From an archaeon (GTDB lineage Archaea > Nanobdellota > Nanobdellia > SCGC-AAA011-G17 > PNOQ01), in contig JABICB010000013.1 of NCBI GenBank assembly GCA_018652475.1, positions 244-64,243 on the forward strand: a stretch of 64,000 bases of DNA, written 5' to 3'. The notes under the pieces were generated by a model. It searched no databases. It worked only from the letters and a program-made list of their open reading frames with translations, and was not told where the DNA came from. Made by a program: the position numbers and the translations under genes. Of this stretch, positions 19,290 through 28,477 are shown piece by piece (the first letter of the stretch is position 1; the number at the start of each line of letters is the position of its first letter).

Positions 19290-19570
19290 CCTAATGCCCT
19301 TCTTGCTTCAGTAACTTCTGCAGAAGCAACTTCTTCAAATTCAGAAACTAATTCAGCAAATGGATCTGCAGAACCTAAATTTTCATCCATTGCAAAAGTA
19401 AGATCTAATGAATTTAAACCGAATGCAACAGGTTTTATTTCACTTTTGGTTTCAATATTTTCTTTTTTTAAAAATTCAGATAAGGATAATTTAACTTTTG
19501 ATTCTAATTCTTCCAAATTAATTTCAGGAGTACTAGGCATTACTTTTAAAGTTATAATAACATATGCCAT
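19286..19570 (-). CDS. ef1b: Elongation factor 1-beta (aEF-1beta).
   Basis: MAYVIITLKVMPSTPEINLEELESKV...KPVAFGLNSLDLTFAMDE...EVTEARRAL matches the aEF1B fold pattern (K.MP.S.E.dLe.L...; AFGLK). Confidence 0.85.
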   Translation of the reverse strand: MAYVIITLKVMPSTPEINLEELESKVKLSLSEFLKKENIETKSEIKPVAFGLNSLDLTFAMDENLGSADPFAELVSEFEEVASAEVTEARRALG

Positions 19571-19572
19571 CT

Positions 19573-19791
19573 TTAATTAGGGCCCTCAAATTTACATGAA
19601 GGACAAATATATTTTATTACATTTGCTCTACAATCTTTACATCTAATTATCTCTTCTTTTCCACAATTAGGACAATTAAATTTTACTGAGCCATTGAAAT
19701 TCATAACTTTCCTTTTGCAGGAAGTACAGATTGATTCTTTCTTAACCATTTTAAAACAAATGATATAGAAATCCTTTATAAATCTTTTCAA
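19573..19791 (-). CDS. Zn-ribbon protein of the type usually encoded next to aEF-1beta (COG2888-type).
   Basis: Four CxxC pairs are present (CTSCKRK...CPNCGKEE...CKDCRAN...CPSCKFEG). It lies immediately downstream of ef1b. Confidence 0.6.
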   Translation of the reverse strand: MKRFIKDFYIICFKMVKKESICTSCKRKVMNFNGSVKFNCPNCGKEEIIRCKDCRANVIKYICPSCKFEGPN

Positions 19792-19809
19792 TAATGAATT
19801 TGAATAGAT

Positions 19810-20856
19810 TTAGGCATCATCCCTGATACCTGCATCCGTAACAAAAAACATACATTCGCCATCTGGAAGACATGGACTATCTACAAGCTTAGCAACCCTT
19901 GAACCCTTTTTACCTCTCCTAAGATACACTCTCGTTGTAGATGCATGTGCTACAATATGACCTCCTATTGCAACAGTAGGATCTCCAAAAAAAGTATCTG
20001 GTTTTGACATCACCTGGTTAGTAATATACACTGCAATATTATGATTTTGGGATAATTTCAACAATACGTGCATGTGCTTATTTAATTTTTGTTGTCTATC
20101 TGCAAGAGTTCCTCTTCCGATAAACTCACTCCTAAAATGACTCATTAATGAATCTACTATTACTAATTTAACATTCAAGCCATCCTTTTTTATTAAATCT
20201 TCAACTTTTTCAGCAAGTAACATCTGATGATCACTATTAAATGCCCTAACTGCCCTAATATTTTTCAATGACCTCATTGGATCAAGACCCATTGCTTTTG
20301 AAATTTGTTCAACCCTTTCCGGACGTAGAGTTCCTTCGGTATCGATCCATACTACTATTGGATCTAAAGTAGGATCATCCCCTAATTCAGTTTGTGTCGA
20401 ACAAACTAACTGGTGTGCTAAGGCAGTTTTACCTGAACCATAGGCACCATAACATTCAGTTATCGAACCAGTCTCAATTCCTCCACCGAGCAATTCATTA
20501 AAATTTTCACTATTTGTTGAGACTCTCGTTACAAGTGCCCTTTTCTTCAATAACTCTTCACCTGATTCAAAACCTATATCAAGATTTTTTCGTGCCACTT
20601 GAATAATTCGTTTAGCAACATTATCTCCCATCCCTGAACTTTCAGTTAATTCTGAGGGACTAGCAACTGCAATACTCATAAGATCATCATAACCAACTTC
20701 TTTCAACTTTTCTGCAGTGGCACTACCCACTCCAGGTAAATCTTCAATAGTCATCTTATCGCTCCCTTTCTTAACAACTGCCTTCTTTTCAACTTTTTTT
20801 AAAGGAGATTCAACTTCAGTTATAGTTTCATTATCTTTTTCTACAATTTCTTTCAT
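19810..20856 (-). CDS. radA: DNA repair and recombination protein RadA.
   Basis: An N-terminal HhH (IEDLPGVGSATAEKLKEVGYDDLMSIA) is followed by a RecA core with Walker A GAYGSGKT and Walker B LVIVDSLMSHFR. Confidence 0.9.
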   Translation of the reverse strand: MKEIVEKDNETITEVESPLKKVEKKAVVKKGSDKMTIEDLPGVGSATAEKLKEVGYDDLMSIAVASPSELTESSGMGDNVAKRIIQVARKNLDIGFESGEELLKKRALVTRVSTNSENFNELLGGGIETGSITECYGAYGSGKTALAHQLVCSTQTELGDDPTLDPIVVWIDTEGTLRPERVEQISKAMGLDPMRSLKNIRAVRAFNSDHQMLLAEKVEDLIKKDGLNVKLVIVDSLMSHFRSEFIGRGTLADRQQKLNKHMHVLLKLSQNHNIAVYITNQVMSKPDTFFGDPTVAIGGHIVAHASTTRVYLRRGKKGSRVAKLVDSPCLPDGECMFFVTDAGIRDDA

Positions 20857-20857
20857 G

Positions 20858-21097
20858 TTAATTATCTCCCATTTCTAAAAATAAAGATTCTTGTGCCTTT
20901 TCTAAAACTAATATTGCACGAAGTATGTCTGCACGCCTTAAATTTATTTGTTGGTCTCTCCAAACATCGCCATCTTTCCAACTTTTCTTCAGCGTGACAG
21001 TATTAAATTCAACTTTTTTTCCATCTATTTCTCTTTCATTAGCCCAAATTGAGCATTCTATAGAACCAGATTTATATTTATTTATTGGTTTATTCAT
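20858..21097 (-). CDS. Hypothetical small protein.
   Basis: 79-aa ORF directly downstream of radA, stop-start adjacent. No recognisable motif. Confidence 0.3.
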   Translation of the reverse strand: MNKPINKYKSGSIECSIWANEREIDGKKVEFNTVTLKKSWKDGDVWRDQQINLRRADILRAILVLEKAQESLFLEMGDN

Positions 21098-21201
21098 GTA
21101 TGTTCATCTCCTTTGCTTTTCGCTTCTTATTTCAAAAAGGAATAAATAAGTAAATAAAAATGAATTTATAAATAATTCCGTAGATCATGACAAAATGGCA
21201 A

Positions 21202-21657
21202 TCATACAATTAACAAGATATTGAGAAGAATTAATCCTAAAAAAAACAACCTCTCCATTAATCCTCCTGTTTTTACAATCCCTGCAAATCTCATTCGTAG
21301 AAGGGGATGAAACAATCTGACTCCCTTAATAGTCATAGCATCACTAAACAGATGAGAAAGATATCCTAATAAAAATGCGACAGCAAGAACTTTCTGATCA
21401 ACACTAGATAATAAGAAAAAAACTATGAATGCTGGATAAACACTATGTAAGATGCCCCTATGTCTGAAAAAAAGCCTAAATATCCAGGAAAACACTTTTG
21501 TTTTTTTACTTATCCAACTTTTTGGAATATCTAAGTCTGGAACAAGACTAGCAAAATATAACACTCCTGCAAATATAATCTTATTTTCAATAGAAAAAAA
21601 TTTAAAAATAATTAATGAAACAAGCACTGCAAATGCTAAGTGTGTTTTATACATCAT
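21202..21657 (-). CDS. Membrane-bound metal-dependent hydrolase (YdjM/DUF457-like).
   Basis: Several TM helices with conserved His/Asp (HRGILHS; GYLSHLFSDAMTIKGVRLFHP) are typical of this family. Confidence 0.45.
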   Translation of the reverse strand: MMYKTHLAFAVLVSLIIFKFFSIENKIIFAGVLYFASLVPDLDIPKSWISKKTKVFSWIFRLFFRHRGILHSVYPAFIVFFLLSSVDQKVLAVAFLLGYLSHLFSDAMTIKGVRLFHPLLRMRFAGIVKTGGLMERLFFLGLILLNILLIV

Positions 21658-22646
21658 TATTTCAAAGATTCTAAAACTTCTACAGGATCAGCCCCCTTAA
21701 CTGAATTTGCAACAAATTCTAATCTATCAAAATTAATATTTTTATTAACCCTTCCTTGTATAACCATCTGTTTACCTAATAATTTTTTAGTATATAATTC
21801 CACTTCTTCAGGTTTTAAAACGGATAATTCATTTCCAGACTTGCCAAGTACTTCTTCGGCAAGTTGTGCAAAACAAACAACCCTAATATTCGCAGAAGCA
21901 TCATCAAAGAAAAAATTGAAAACTGGTGATTTTTTAGCAACAACAGTTCCATGATCTTTACAAGACTGAACACCTTCTTGTTCAAGCACCTTTTTTCCAC
22001 ATTTTTCACAAGCATCATAGTATCTAGGTTCATATACTTGAACAATAGTCCCATATATCTCTGCACGATCATCAGCCTTTAGTTCTATTATATTTTTTTT
22101 AGAATAACCAACCTCTGCAGAAACTTGCTTTACTTCACCTATCACTAATCCCTCTGGATTTAATACTGCCTTTCCCCTTGAACCAAGATGTATTTCAAGG
22201 TAACCATTATTATCCCTAGAATATGCATCATTAATTTTTAATATAGAATCTTTTTTTGCATTAACTTTTAAATTATCAATAATTTTTTCATCCCATATAA
22301 CTAATCTAATCACGCCGCTCTCATCTCCAATCGAGCAAAATCCCAATTTTCCTTGTCTCTTAGGAGTATTAAATTCTCTAACTTCGAAATCTGTTAAAAT
22401 TTTTCCGGCAACATTAATTCCATTGACTCCTTTTGCTATTTCAGAAATTTTATAATCCCTAGGGGCAAAATTTTCAAACAATTTTATGCCATACTGATTA
22501 GCGATAATATGTGCTGCGCCTTCTTTACTAATAAGATCAGATAAATTTGCAATTTTTTCAACAATTTTCTTTTCAACTTCTTCTTTAGTGACGCCCTTTT
22601 CAGTTACTATTTTTTCAATAATTTCATCATAATTTAATTTTAACAT
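21657..22646 (-). CDS. rpa: Replication protein A-like ssDNA-binding protein (OB folds plus a Zn ribbon).
   Basis: The OB-fold signature GKLGFCSIGDESGVIRLVIWDEKI matches archaeal RPA (DETG.IR.T.W). A C-terminal zinc ribbon CEKCGKK...CKDHG is present. Confidence 0.65.
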   Translation of the reverse strand: MLKLNYDEIIEKIVTEKGVTKEEVEKKIVEKIANLSDLISKEGAAHIIANQYGIKLFENFAPRDYKISEIAKGVNGINVAGKILTDFEVREFNTPKRQGKLGFCSIGDESGVIRLVIWDEKIIDNLKVNAKKDSILKINDAYSRDNNGYLEIHLGSRGKAVLNPEGLVIGEVKQVSAEVGYSKKNIIELKADDRAEIYGTIVQVYEPRYYDACEKCGKKVLEQEGVQSCKDHGTVVAKKSPVFNFFFDDASANIRVVCFAQLAEEVLGKSGNELSVLKPEEVELYTKKLLGKQMVIQGRVNKNINFDRLEFVANSVKGADPVEVLESLK

Positions 22647-22672
22647 AATCTTGTCCCCTCTTTAATATGGAA

Positions 22673-23425
22673 TTAGTTATTACATATAAAGACTTCGCCT
22701 TGGAGAGGATTTAATTCATCAAAATCCACTGCGGCCCTTATCTTTATTTGTTCAGTACCCTGTATTGAATCAACAGCATACTCTTTTGAACTAAATATGA
22801 AGACATCTTCCTTAAACTCCCACTCAAACTCTGCAGAAGTTTCCCAACAAGAAATATCCCCATCACATGAATCAATAACAGTAACAACTTCACCAACAAA
22901 ATTAACAAAATCGTCAAAATTATAATCTACTTCAAAATAAACATCGGGAGAAATTGAATAAGTTCCTATTTTAGTACCATTATCTAAAATATCATAATTT
23001 AATTTGTCTGAAGAATGAGCCAAAACAAAAAAAGAATTTTCTTTATCTTCATAAGTAAATGAATAATTAATATTAGTTAAATTATTCAATAAAGCACTGA
23101 ATTCTTTTTTTAACATTTCTTTAGTCGGATAACATTCTAAATTGCCAACCTTCCAAAGATTGAAATCCTTATTATGACTTAATGAAGAACTTCCACCCCT
23201 TTCTAATAAATATCTCAAACTATTTGCACTTTTAAAAGAATAATCTACAAAAAAGAAATCTTTCTCTGCCAGAGTATATGCATCTATGAGTTCTAATTGA
23301 GAATTTCCAAGATATTCAATACGGATATTTTCATGATAATCTACAAATAAAAACATAGATACTCCTATGCCTAACACTGCATACATGAGCACATATAATG
23401 TGAATAAACCTTTTTTTCCTACCAT
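22673..23425 (-). CDS. Pilin-like protein with a class-III signal peptide; last gene of the pilus operon.
   Basis: MVGKKG|LFTLYVLMYAVLGIGVSMFLFV shows a KKG cleavage context followed by a hydrophobic helix. It overlaps the upstream gene. Confidence 0.45.
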   Translation of the reverse strand: MVGKKGLFTLYVLMYAVLGIGVSMFLFVDYHENIRIEYLGNSQLELIDAYTLAEKDFFFVDYSFKSANSLRYLLERGGSSSLSHNKDFNLWKVGNLECYPTKEMLKKEFSALLNNLTNINYSFTYEDKENSFFVLAHSSDKLNYDILDNGTKIGTYSISPDVYFEVDYNFDDFVNFVGEVVTVIDSCDGDISCWETSAEFEWEFKEDVFIFSSKEYAVDSIQGTEQIKIRAAVDFDELNPLQGEVFICNN

Positions 23426-24006
23426 TCAAAACAATCTCCAATGAATCTAATATCTGTATTTATAAGAGAAACATATAAATCAGTTTTGAGTTTTTGTTGT
23501 AAAATACTTCCCTCTAAGCACATATCATCAAAGGCAGGTCCAACTGGATAAGTACAAACAGAATTAATCTCTATAAGTTTCACATCACCTTCTTCATTTG
23601 GTTGAGAGCCTATACTAATTTTATAACCCCTAATATAATTAAGATCATTAATCTCATTACAATAATTGAGATTTTTAAAAATTTCAAAAGTTGATTTCCT
23701 TAAAAAATCACCAAGATCATCATTATCAGATAAATAATATTTTTCAGTTAAGACTGCAATAGTTGTCGATTCAATAATCCCATCCCCATCAAGATCATAT
23801 TCAATAGGTGTACGCAAATAATTTAATAAGTTTAAATTTTCAATAGAATAACCTATCTCTCTTTCCAATAAAAGTTTTTCTTCAACATCTGCCGATTTGA
23901 AATCTCCGAGACTCATAATTAAAACATATGCCAACAATAAGACACCAATTAAAAGGATATTAACTGTCCTTAACATGACAGTAGTTCCATTTTTATTCAA
24001 GAGCAC
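23419..24006 (-). CDS. Pilin-like / pilus accessory protein.
   Basis: MLLNKNGTTVMLRTVNILLIGVLLLAYVLIM is an N-terminal signal-anchor. It overlaps both neighbours. Confidence 0.4.
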   Translation of the reverse strand: MLLNKNGTTVMLRTVNILLIGVLLLAYVLIMSLGDFKSADVEEKLLLEREIGYSIENLNLLNYLRTPIEYDLDGDGIIESTTIAVLTEKYYLSDNDDLGDFLRKSTFEIFKNLNYCNEINDLNYIRGYKISIGSQPNEEGDVKLIEINSVCTYPVGPAFDDMCLEGSILQQKLKTDLYVSLINTDIRFIGDCFEW

Positions 24007-24490
24007 TCACCACCTTAATATTCAAATAACCAGGTGATAAAATTGAATTATTCATATATAAAATATAATTATTAGCAGTATAACAATCAAGATTCGAATT
24101 TTCAAGACCACATAATAACCCTTGACTAGATGCAACAGTATTCACTTCAAAACTTTTTATTATATTCCTATCTATATCCATCAATTCTAATTTGAATCCT
24201 TTTTTAATATGATGATAATCAACACACTCTGATATAATAACTTCATCGAATTTTCTTAAATCAATAATTCCTGGATAACTTCGAATACTATCAGTATAAC
24301 TAAAACAATTAGGAGAAAGAAAAAGATTACTAATTAGCATATGTTTCTCTAAGTCCACTGTGTCTACATCCAAATCCGTATTCATGTATGCTGTCAGAAC
24401 CAGAACACCAAAAACAAATAAAATCAAAATAGAATAAATAACCAAATTCATTTGTTCTTCAGTTAAAAAAATGAATCCTTTCTTATTCAT
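23993..24490 (-). CDS. Pilin-like protein with a class-III signal peptide.
   Basis: MNKKG|FIFLTEEQMNLVIYSILILFVFGVLVL shows KKG|F with an acidic residue shortly after the cleavage point. Confidence 0.5.
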   Translation of the reverse strand: MNKKGFIFLTEEQMNLVIYSILILFVFGVLVLTAYMNTDLDVDTVDLEKHMLISNLFLSPNCFSYTDSIRSYPGIIDLRKFDEVIISECVDYHHIKKGFKLELMDIDRNIIKSFEVNTVASSQGLLCGLENSNLDCYTANNYILYMNNSILSPGYLNIKVVSALE

Positions 24491-24893
24491 ATGTTCTACC
24501 TCCTCTAATAACTAAGGAATTATAAGATTTATTAAAAATTAAAAAATCATAATCTCCTTCAGATATATAATCTTTATCTATATAATTATTATTTGCACAA
24601 TAATTTTTTGAACCAGATAATTCTGGAGTATCCTTTAAATTGACTTCAACCAAACAATTTTGACCAAATTTGATTTCTAATCGGTCTTCATTTTGAAAAA
24701 TAGAATAATTCAAATTAATTGCCCCAGGAGAAATAAACATGACTTCTTCAAGCAGAGATATATCTTTTGCTAAATGTCTCTGATTAAATGCAGTTTCATC
24801 GGCAAGTTTGGCCATAGTAAAAAATAACGCCAATAAAACTAATGTAGTTATAATTAAATATCCTGGCCAAAGATATGTCCTCTCCTCTTCCAT
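24483..24893 (-). CDS. Pilus-operon membrane-anchored protein.
   Basis: Its single N-terminal TM segment is YLIITTLVLLALFFTMA. It overlaps neighbours by 8 and 0 nt. Confidence 0.35.
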   Translation of the reverse strand: MEEERTYLWPGYLIITTLVLLALFFTMAKLADETAFNQRHLAKDISLLEEVMFISPGAINLNYSIFQNEDRLEIKFGQNCLVEVNLKDTPELSGSKNYCANNNYIDKDYISEGDYDFLIFNKSYNSLVIRGGRTYE

Positions 24894-24924
24894 AAGAAAA
24901 AATTAGTTTACCTATATATAAATA

Positions 24925-25413
24925 TTATTGATTTGATTTGATTTCACGAATGATTACAACACTATCTTTTTTTTCAAGTTCCAAGGTCATATACTCTTTA
25001 GTTTTTGTTAAAATCACACCACTAATATGTTCGCTGTCGAATTCTAAAATATTTTCAAAAACAGAATAAAACGGTGGAGAAAGACAAGATTCTTGACCTC
25101 CTGACGTTGAACAAACTGCAAGACAAGCATTATTAGAGCACCCTGTTGGTTTTAATATAGCATCTGATTTTTTAGAAAACCCCGAATCAAAACTCACTAG
25201 TTTATAACCCTTATCTAAATAAAATAAAGTATTGGTTTTTTCAAGATTAGATAAATCTTTAATTAATAAATCTAACTGATCCATTGATCTTTCAGTTAGC
25301 TCTAATCCATCTTGGAAAAAGATACCCCACATCACACCCCCAACTTTAATGGATAAAAACAAACCTGCAAGACCTATAACCAATCCAAATATTAATTTAA
25401 TACTTACTTTCAC
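24925..25413 (-). CDS. Pilus-operon membrane-anchored protein (GTG start).
   Basis: The N-terminal TM segment is KLIFGLVIGLAGLFLSI. The start codon GTG overlaps the stop of the upstream small ORF (GTGA). Confidence 0.35.
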   Translation of the reverse strand: MKVSIKLIFGLVIGLAGLFLSIKVGGVMWGIFFQDGLELTERSMDQLDLLIKDLSNLEKTNTLFYLDKGYKLVSFDSGFSKKSDAILKPTGCSNNACLAVCSTSGGQESCLSPPFYSVFENILEFDSEHISGVILTKTKEYMTLELEKKDSVVIIREIKSNQ

Positions 25414-25580
25414 TGCATTGCCCCAGTAACATTTAACTCAGTGAAGGAAAATATACTTTTCATAAAATTTTCAAATACTCCAAAAAACTCACTAATCTGT
25501 TCATTAAAAATAAAAATAATAAGAACAAGAACTATCACCGCAATTATACTCACAACGATAGTTTCTAAAGTAATATTCAT
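25410..25580 (-). CDS. Small (56 aa) pilin-like protein missing from the ORF track.
   Basis: Manual translation of the minus strand gives MNITLETIVVSIIAVIVLVLIIFIFNEQISEFFGVFENFMKSIFSFTELNVTGAMQ*. It has a single N-terminal hydrophobic helix. It fills the gap between 25413 and 25602 and overlaps the next gene by 4 nt. Confidence 0.35.
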   Translation of the reverse strand: MNITLETIVVSIIAVIVLVLIIFIFNEQISEFFGVFENFMKSIFSFTELNVTGAMQ

Positions 25581-25601
25581 AGGACACCTTCAGACAGTTT
25601 A

Positions 25602-25955
25602 TTAGCAACCGCCTTCATTTGTGATGGCACTACATGTCACACCTAGTTGACTGCAGGTCTTAGTCACATCAATCTTTCCATCAAAATCAGTATCTAGTTC
25701 ATAAGTTTTTTCACCACAAAAATTATCCTTATAATCTTCTAATCCTATTAATTCATAATTTGAACAGAAACCATTACATTCAGCAATTGCTTGTTGAGTA
25801 TCTATTGGTTGTGCACCATACATTGATTTTATTTTACCCACTATATTGGTCATTCCGCCCGTAAAAAATGCAGCAATTATTACTAATGCTAGAATTGCCA
25901 GGATCGCAATGATAATAGTATTCATTGAAAGACTTTGACCTTTTTTATTATTCAT
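25602..25955 (-). CDS. Archaeal type IV pilin (class-III signal peptide); the best major-pilin candidate.
   Basis: MNNKKG|QSLSMNTIIIAILAILALVIIAAFF is a textbook archaeal KG|Q prepilin-peptidase site followed by a hydrophobic helix. The mature part is small with Cys pairs. Confidence 0.6.
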   Translation of the reverse strand: MNNKKGQSLSMNTIIIAILAILALVIIAAFFTGGMTNIVGKIKSMYGAQPIDTQQAIAECNGFCSNYELIGLEDYKDNFCGEKTYELDTDFDGKIDVTKTCSQLGVTCSAITNEGGC

Positions 25956-25987
25956 TATAACACCTCAATACAAACCTACAAAAATGA

Positions 25988-26194
25988 TTATTTAAACTTT
26001 TTGGTATTATTTTCCTCTAACTTATATTTATAATATTTTTTGAATAAAGGAAAATAATGTAAGACTCTTATCCAGAGAGGTAAGACTATCATACTATCTT
26101 CAATATGTTCCTTTAATTTATCCCTACTTTTATCAAGGCTATCTCTTAAATTAATCCCATTTACAGTGATAAAATTATCGTTTATAGGTATCAT
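25988..26194 (-). CDS. Hypothetical small protein within the pilus operon.
   Basis: 68-aa ORF with no TM, tightly packed between operon genes. Confidence 0.25.
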   Translation of the reverse strand: MIPINDNFITVNGINLRDSLDKSRDKLKEHIEDSMIVLPLWIRVLHYFPLFKKYYKYKLEENNTKKFK

Positions 26195-26198
26195 TATA

Positions 26199-27374
26199 TT
26201 ATATTATATGTGGAGAAGAGTTCTCTCCCAAAACAGATGAATCTGTGACTCCTAAGTTATTATTATGATTATTTAAAATATTCATTTTTTCTTGATATTG
26301 TGAATAAGTTATACTTTTTCCATTATAATATTTTAACCAAATATCAAATATATCTTGGGTTGTATAAATTTGTTCACCTGAATAATTATTTAATAAATGA
26401 GAATATGCTAAAGCTATTGCAAACTCATTATCATTGATTAAGACAGCAGAAATTTTTTCATTATTCCAATCTATCGAATCATAACCATACACATCGACAA
26501 TTTCTTCACCTTCAAAGCCATTTAATGCATCATAAACTGACCTAAATCCATTAAATTCTAACATAGACAGTCCTTTTTTATTTCCCCCCATATAAACAGA
26601 TTTAGAAGGATCATATACAATATTAGTATTAATGAATATGCCGGAATCATAAGATTCTATAAAAATTATGCCCTTGAGTAAATTTGCTAAATTGTTATTT
26701 ATATCAAGATTTAATGACACCAAAGAAATTAAATTATTTAATGAAGAAATTCTCACAGAAGAATCAAAACTACTCAATGCATCATCTTTATCTTCGAAAG
26801 ATTCATCTTTCTGTGAACATTCTAAAGTTAATAAATCATATTCTTTTGCAACTGATTCAGAGATAATACAAATATTGTCTGAAACTTTATAAAACAATAA
26901 AGAAGAATCGAAATTACCTTCGAATTCATCAATATGTAGATCATTAGTTCCATACAATAATATTAATTGACCAACATTTAAATCAATAGCCGATTTCCAG
27001 GGTTCGAGAATAAAACAAAAAGAACTATCTAGTGTTCTCTCAACTAGTTCGAGTTTAGGTGTATTTAATTTTAATAATGAATGCATACCTTTCTTTTCAA
27101 TCAATAAAGAATAACCAGTAGGATATCCAATTTCAGATTTTGTACAAAAACAATTATTACTTTCATCTTCTGCACAAAGAGAAAGTAGTAAAAATGTATC
27201 TTCAAAAATATCCCTGGCATCTTTTTGTGTAGATATTTCTTCTTGTGTGATAAAAAGATCCCATTCAAATTTATGGCCTAAGGTAGTGAGAGTATCAGAT
27301 CCCCACCACCCTACTACTACAACCAACACAACAATCAAAATAGCAGAAATTATTTGTTTTAAAGTTAAACTCAT
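26199..27374 (-). CDS. Pilus-operon membrane-anchored protein (391 aa).
   Basis: The N-terminal TM segment is IISAILIVVLVVVVGWWG, with a large extracytoplasmic domain. The start ATG overlaps the stop of the upstream small ORF. Confidence 0.35.
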   Translation of the reverse strand: MSLTLKQIISAILIVVLVVVVGWWGSDTLTTLGHKFEWDLFITQEEISTQKDARDIFEDTFLLLSLCAEDESNNCFCTKSEIGYPTGYSLLIEKKGMHSLLKLNTPKLELVERTLDSSFCFILEPWKSAIDLNVGQLILLYGTNDLHIDEFEGNFDSSLLFYKVSDNICIISESVAKEYDLLTLECSQKDESFEDKDDALSSFDSSVRISSLNNLISLVSLNLDINNNLANLLKGIIFIESYDSGIFINTNIVYDPSKSVYMGGNKKGLSMLEFNGFRSVYDALNGFEGEEIVDVYGYDSIDWNNEKISAVLINDNEFAIALAYSHLLNNYSGEQIYTTQDIFDIWLKYYNGKSITYSQYQEKMNILNNHNNNLGVTDSSVLGENSSPHII

Positions 27375-27532
27375 TAGCCCCCACCAAACCTAAACACTGT
27401 TTTGAAATCAATAAATAAATTTGCTAATGTTCCTTTATGTTGCCAAGTAATTACAATAAGAATAACTAATAAGATTATTGCAAGTAAAAAAATTCCTATT
27501 TGATCCCAAGTTAATTCTGCTCTTCTATTCAT
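27374..27532 (-). CDS. Small (52 aa) pilin-like protein missing from the ORF track.
   Basis: Manual translation gives MNRRAELTWDQIGIFLLAIILLVILIVITWQHKGTLANLFIDFKTVFRFGGG*. The start ATG overlaps the upstream stop (ATGA). The stop TAA overlaps the downstream ATG. Confidence 0.4.
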   Translation of the reverse strand: MNRRAELTWDQIGIFLLAIILLVILIVITWQHKGTLANLFIDFKTVFRFGGG

Positions 27533-28344
27533 TGATTACAAGCCCCCATCACTTCATTAGCAGGACCAATATACATTCCTGACACAAAGCCTGTTTTCCT
27601 ATGGAGATCATCATGTGCCAAGATAAGGGCTCCAGCAATACCGCAAGTATACGCTGCAACAGTTAAAGTCGTACCAAATGTGAAAAATGCGGCGGCGGCG
27701 GAAGCAATACATCCTATTCCCGCAGTAACTGTTTCAAAAGTATCTGATTCAAACTCATATCTCTTATCGGCAAAAAATACAACATAAAGCGGCTCAGTAG
27801 TAGAATAATTATCAGTTTCACTAATTTGTCCCACACTAGTATCAGCATAAATATAGTCAAATAAACTCTGTTCTTCCCTGAAGGGGAGTGGCTCTGTGGC
27901 CAGATATTTCATCAACCCGCTAATCTGAGGAGTTTCCTCTTGAATTTTATCACTAAATTCAATCCTGGAACAGATAAAACAATAATTATTACCAGTTCCC
28001 CAATCCCAATCATCTAGAAAATCCCTTTCACCTTTTGCAAATTGATACCAACAATCATACATTTCATTAGAAATTTCAGATTTTATACCTTCTTCATTTA
28101 AATTTTTTATTTTTAATTCATGAGTTTCGCATGCAAGATTTTCGAAAGTAGTTGTTCCTAACAGTTTACTTTGTGCTCTTAAAAAAACACTATCTCTGCA
28201 AGCTTCACGGCTAACACTATCTTCAGCAAAAGGTCCAAATTCAAACAAAAAAAAATAAATGAAAATACCCATTGCCAACATAAGTACTATTACTCCTGCA
28301 ATAGTCATAGCCATCTCGCCTTTTTTAGATACCAAACAATCCAA
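27529..28344 (-). CDS. Pilin-like protein with a class-III signal peptide.
   Basis: MDCLVSKKG|EMAMTIAGVIVLMLAMGIFIYFFL shows a KKG|E cleavage context. An AAAAA stretch and Cys residues occur in the mature part. Confidence 0.5.
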   Translation of the reverse strand: MDCLVSKKGEMAMTIAGVIVLMLAMGIFIYFFLFEFGPFAEDSVSREACRDSVFLRAQSKLLGTTTFENLACETHELKIKNLNEEGIKSEISNEMYDCWYQFAKGERDFLDDWDWGTGNNYCFICSRIEFSDKIQEETPQISGLMKYLATEPLPFREEQSLFDYIYADTSVGQISETDNYSTTEPLYVVFFADKRYEFESDTFETVTAGIGCIASAAAAFFTFGTTLTVAAYTCGIAGALILAHDDLHRKTGFVSGMYIGPANEVMGACNQ

Positions 28345-28477
28345 CTCCTTTTTTTATGATCATATATAAAATAAACAAAGTAAGTAAAATAAATAATAGT
28401 TTGAATGCATTATTTAAAAAACTATTAACTTCGCCCATTTTCTATGTTGAAATATTTTCTTAAATTTATAAAACTTG

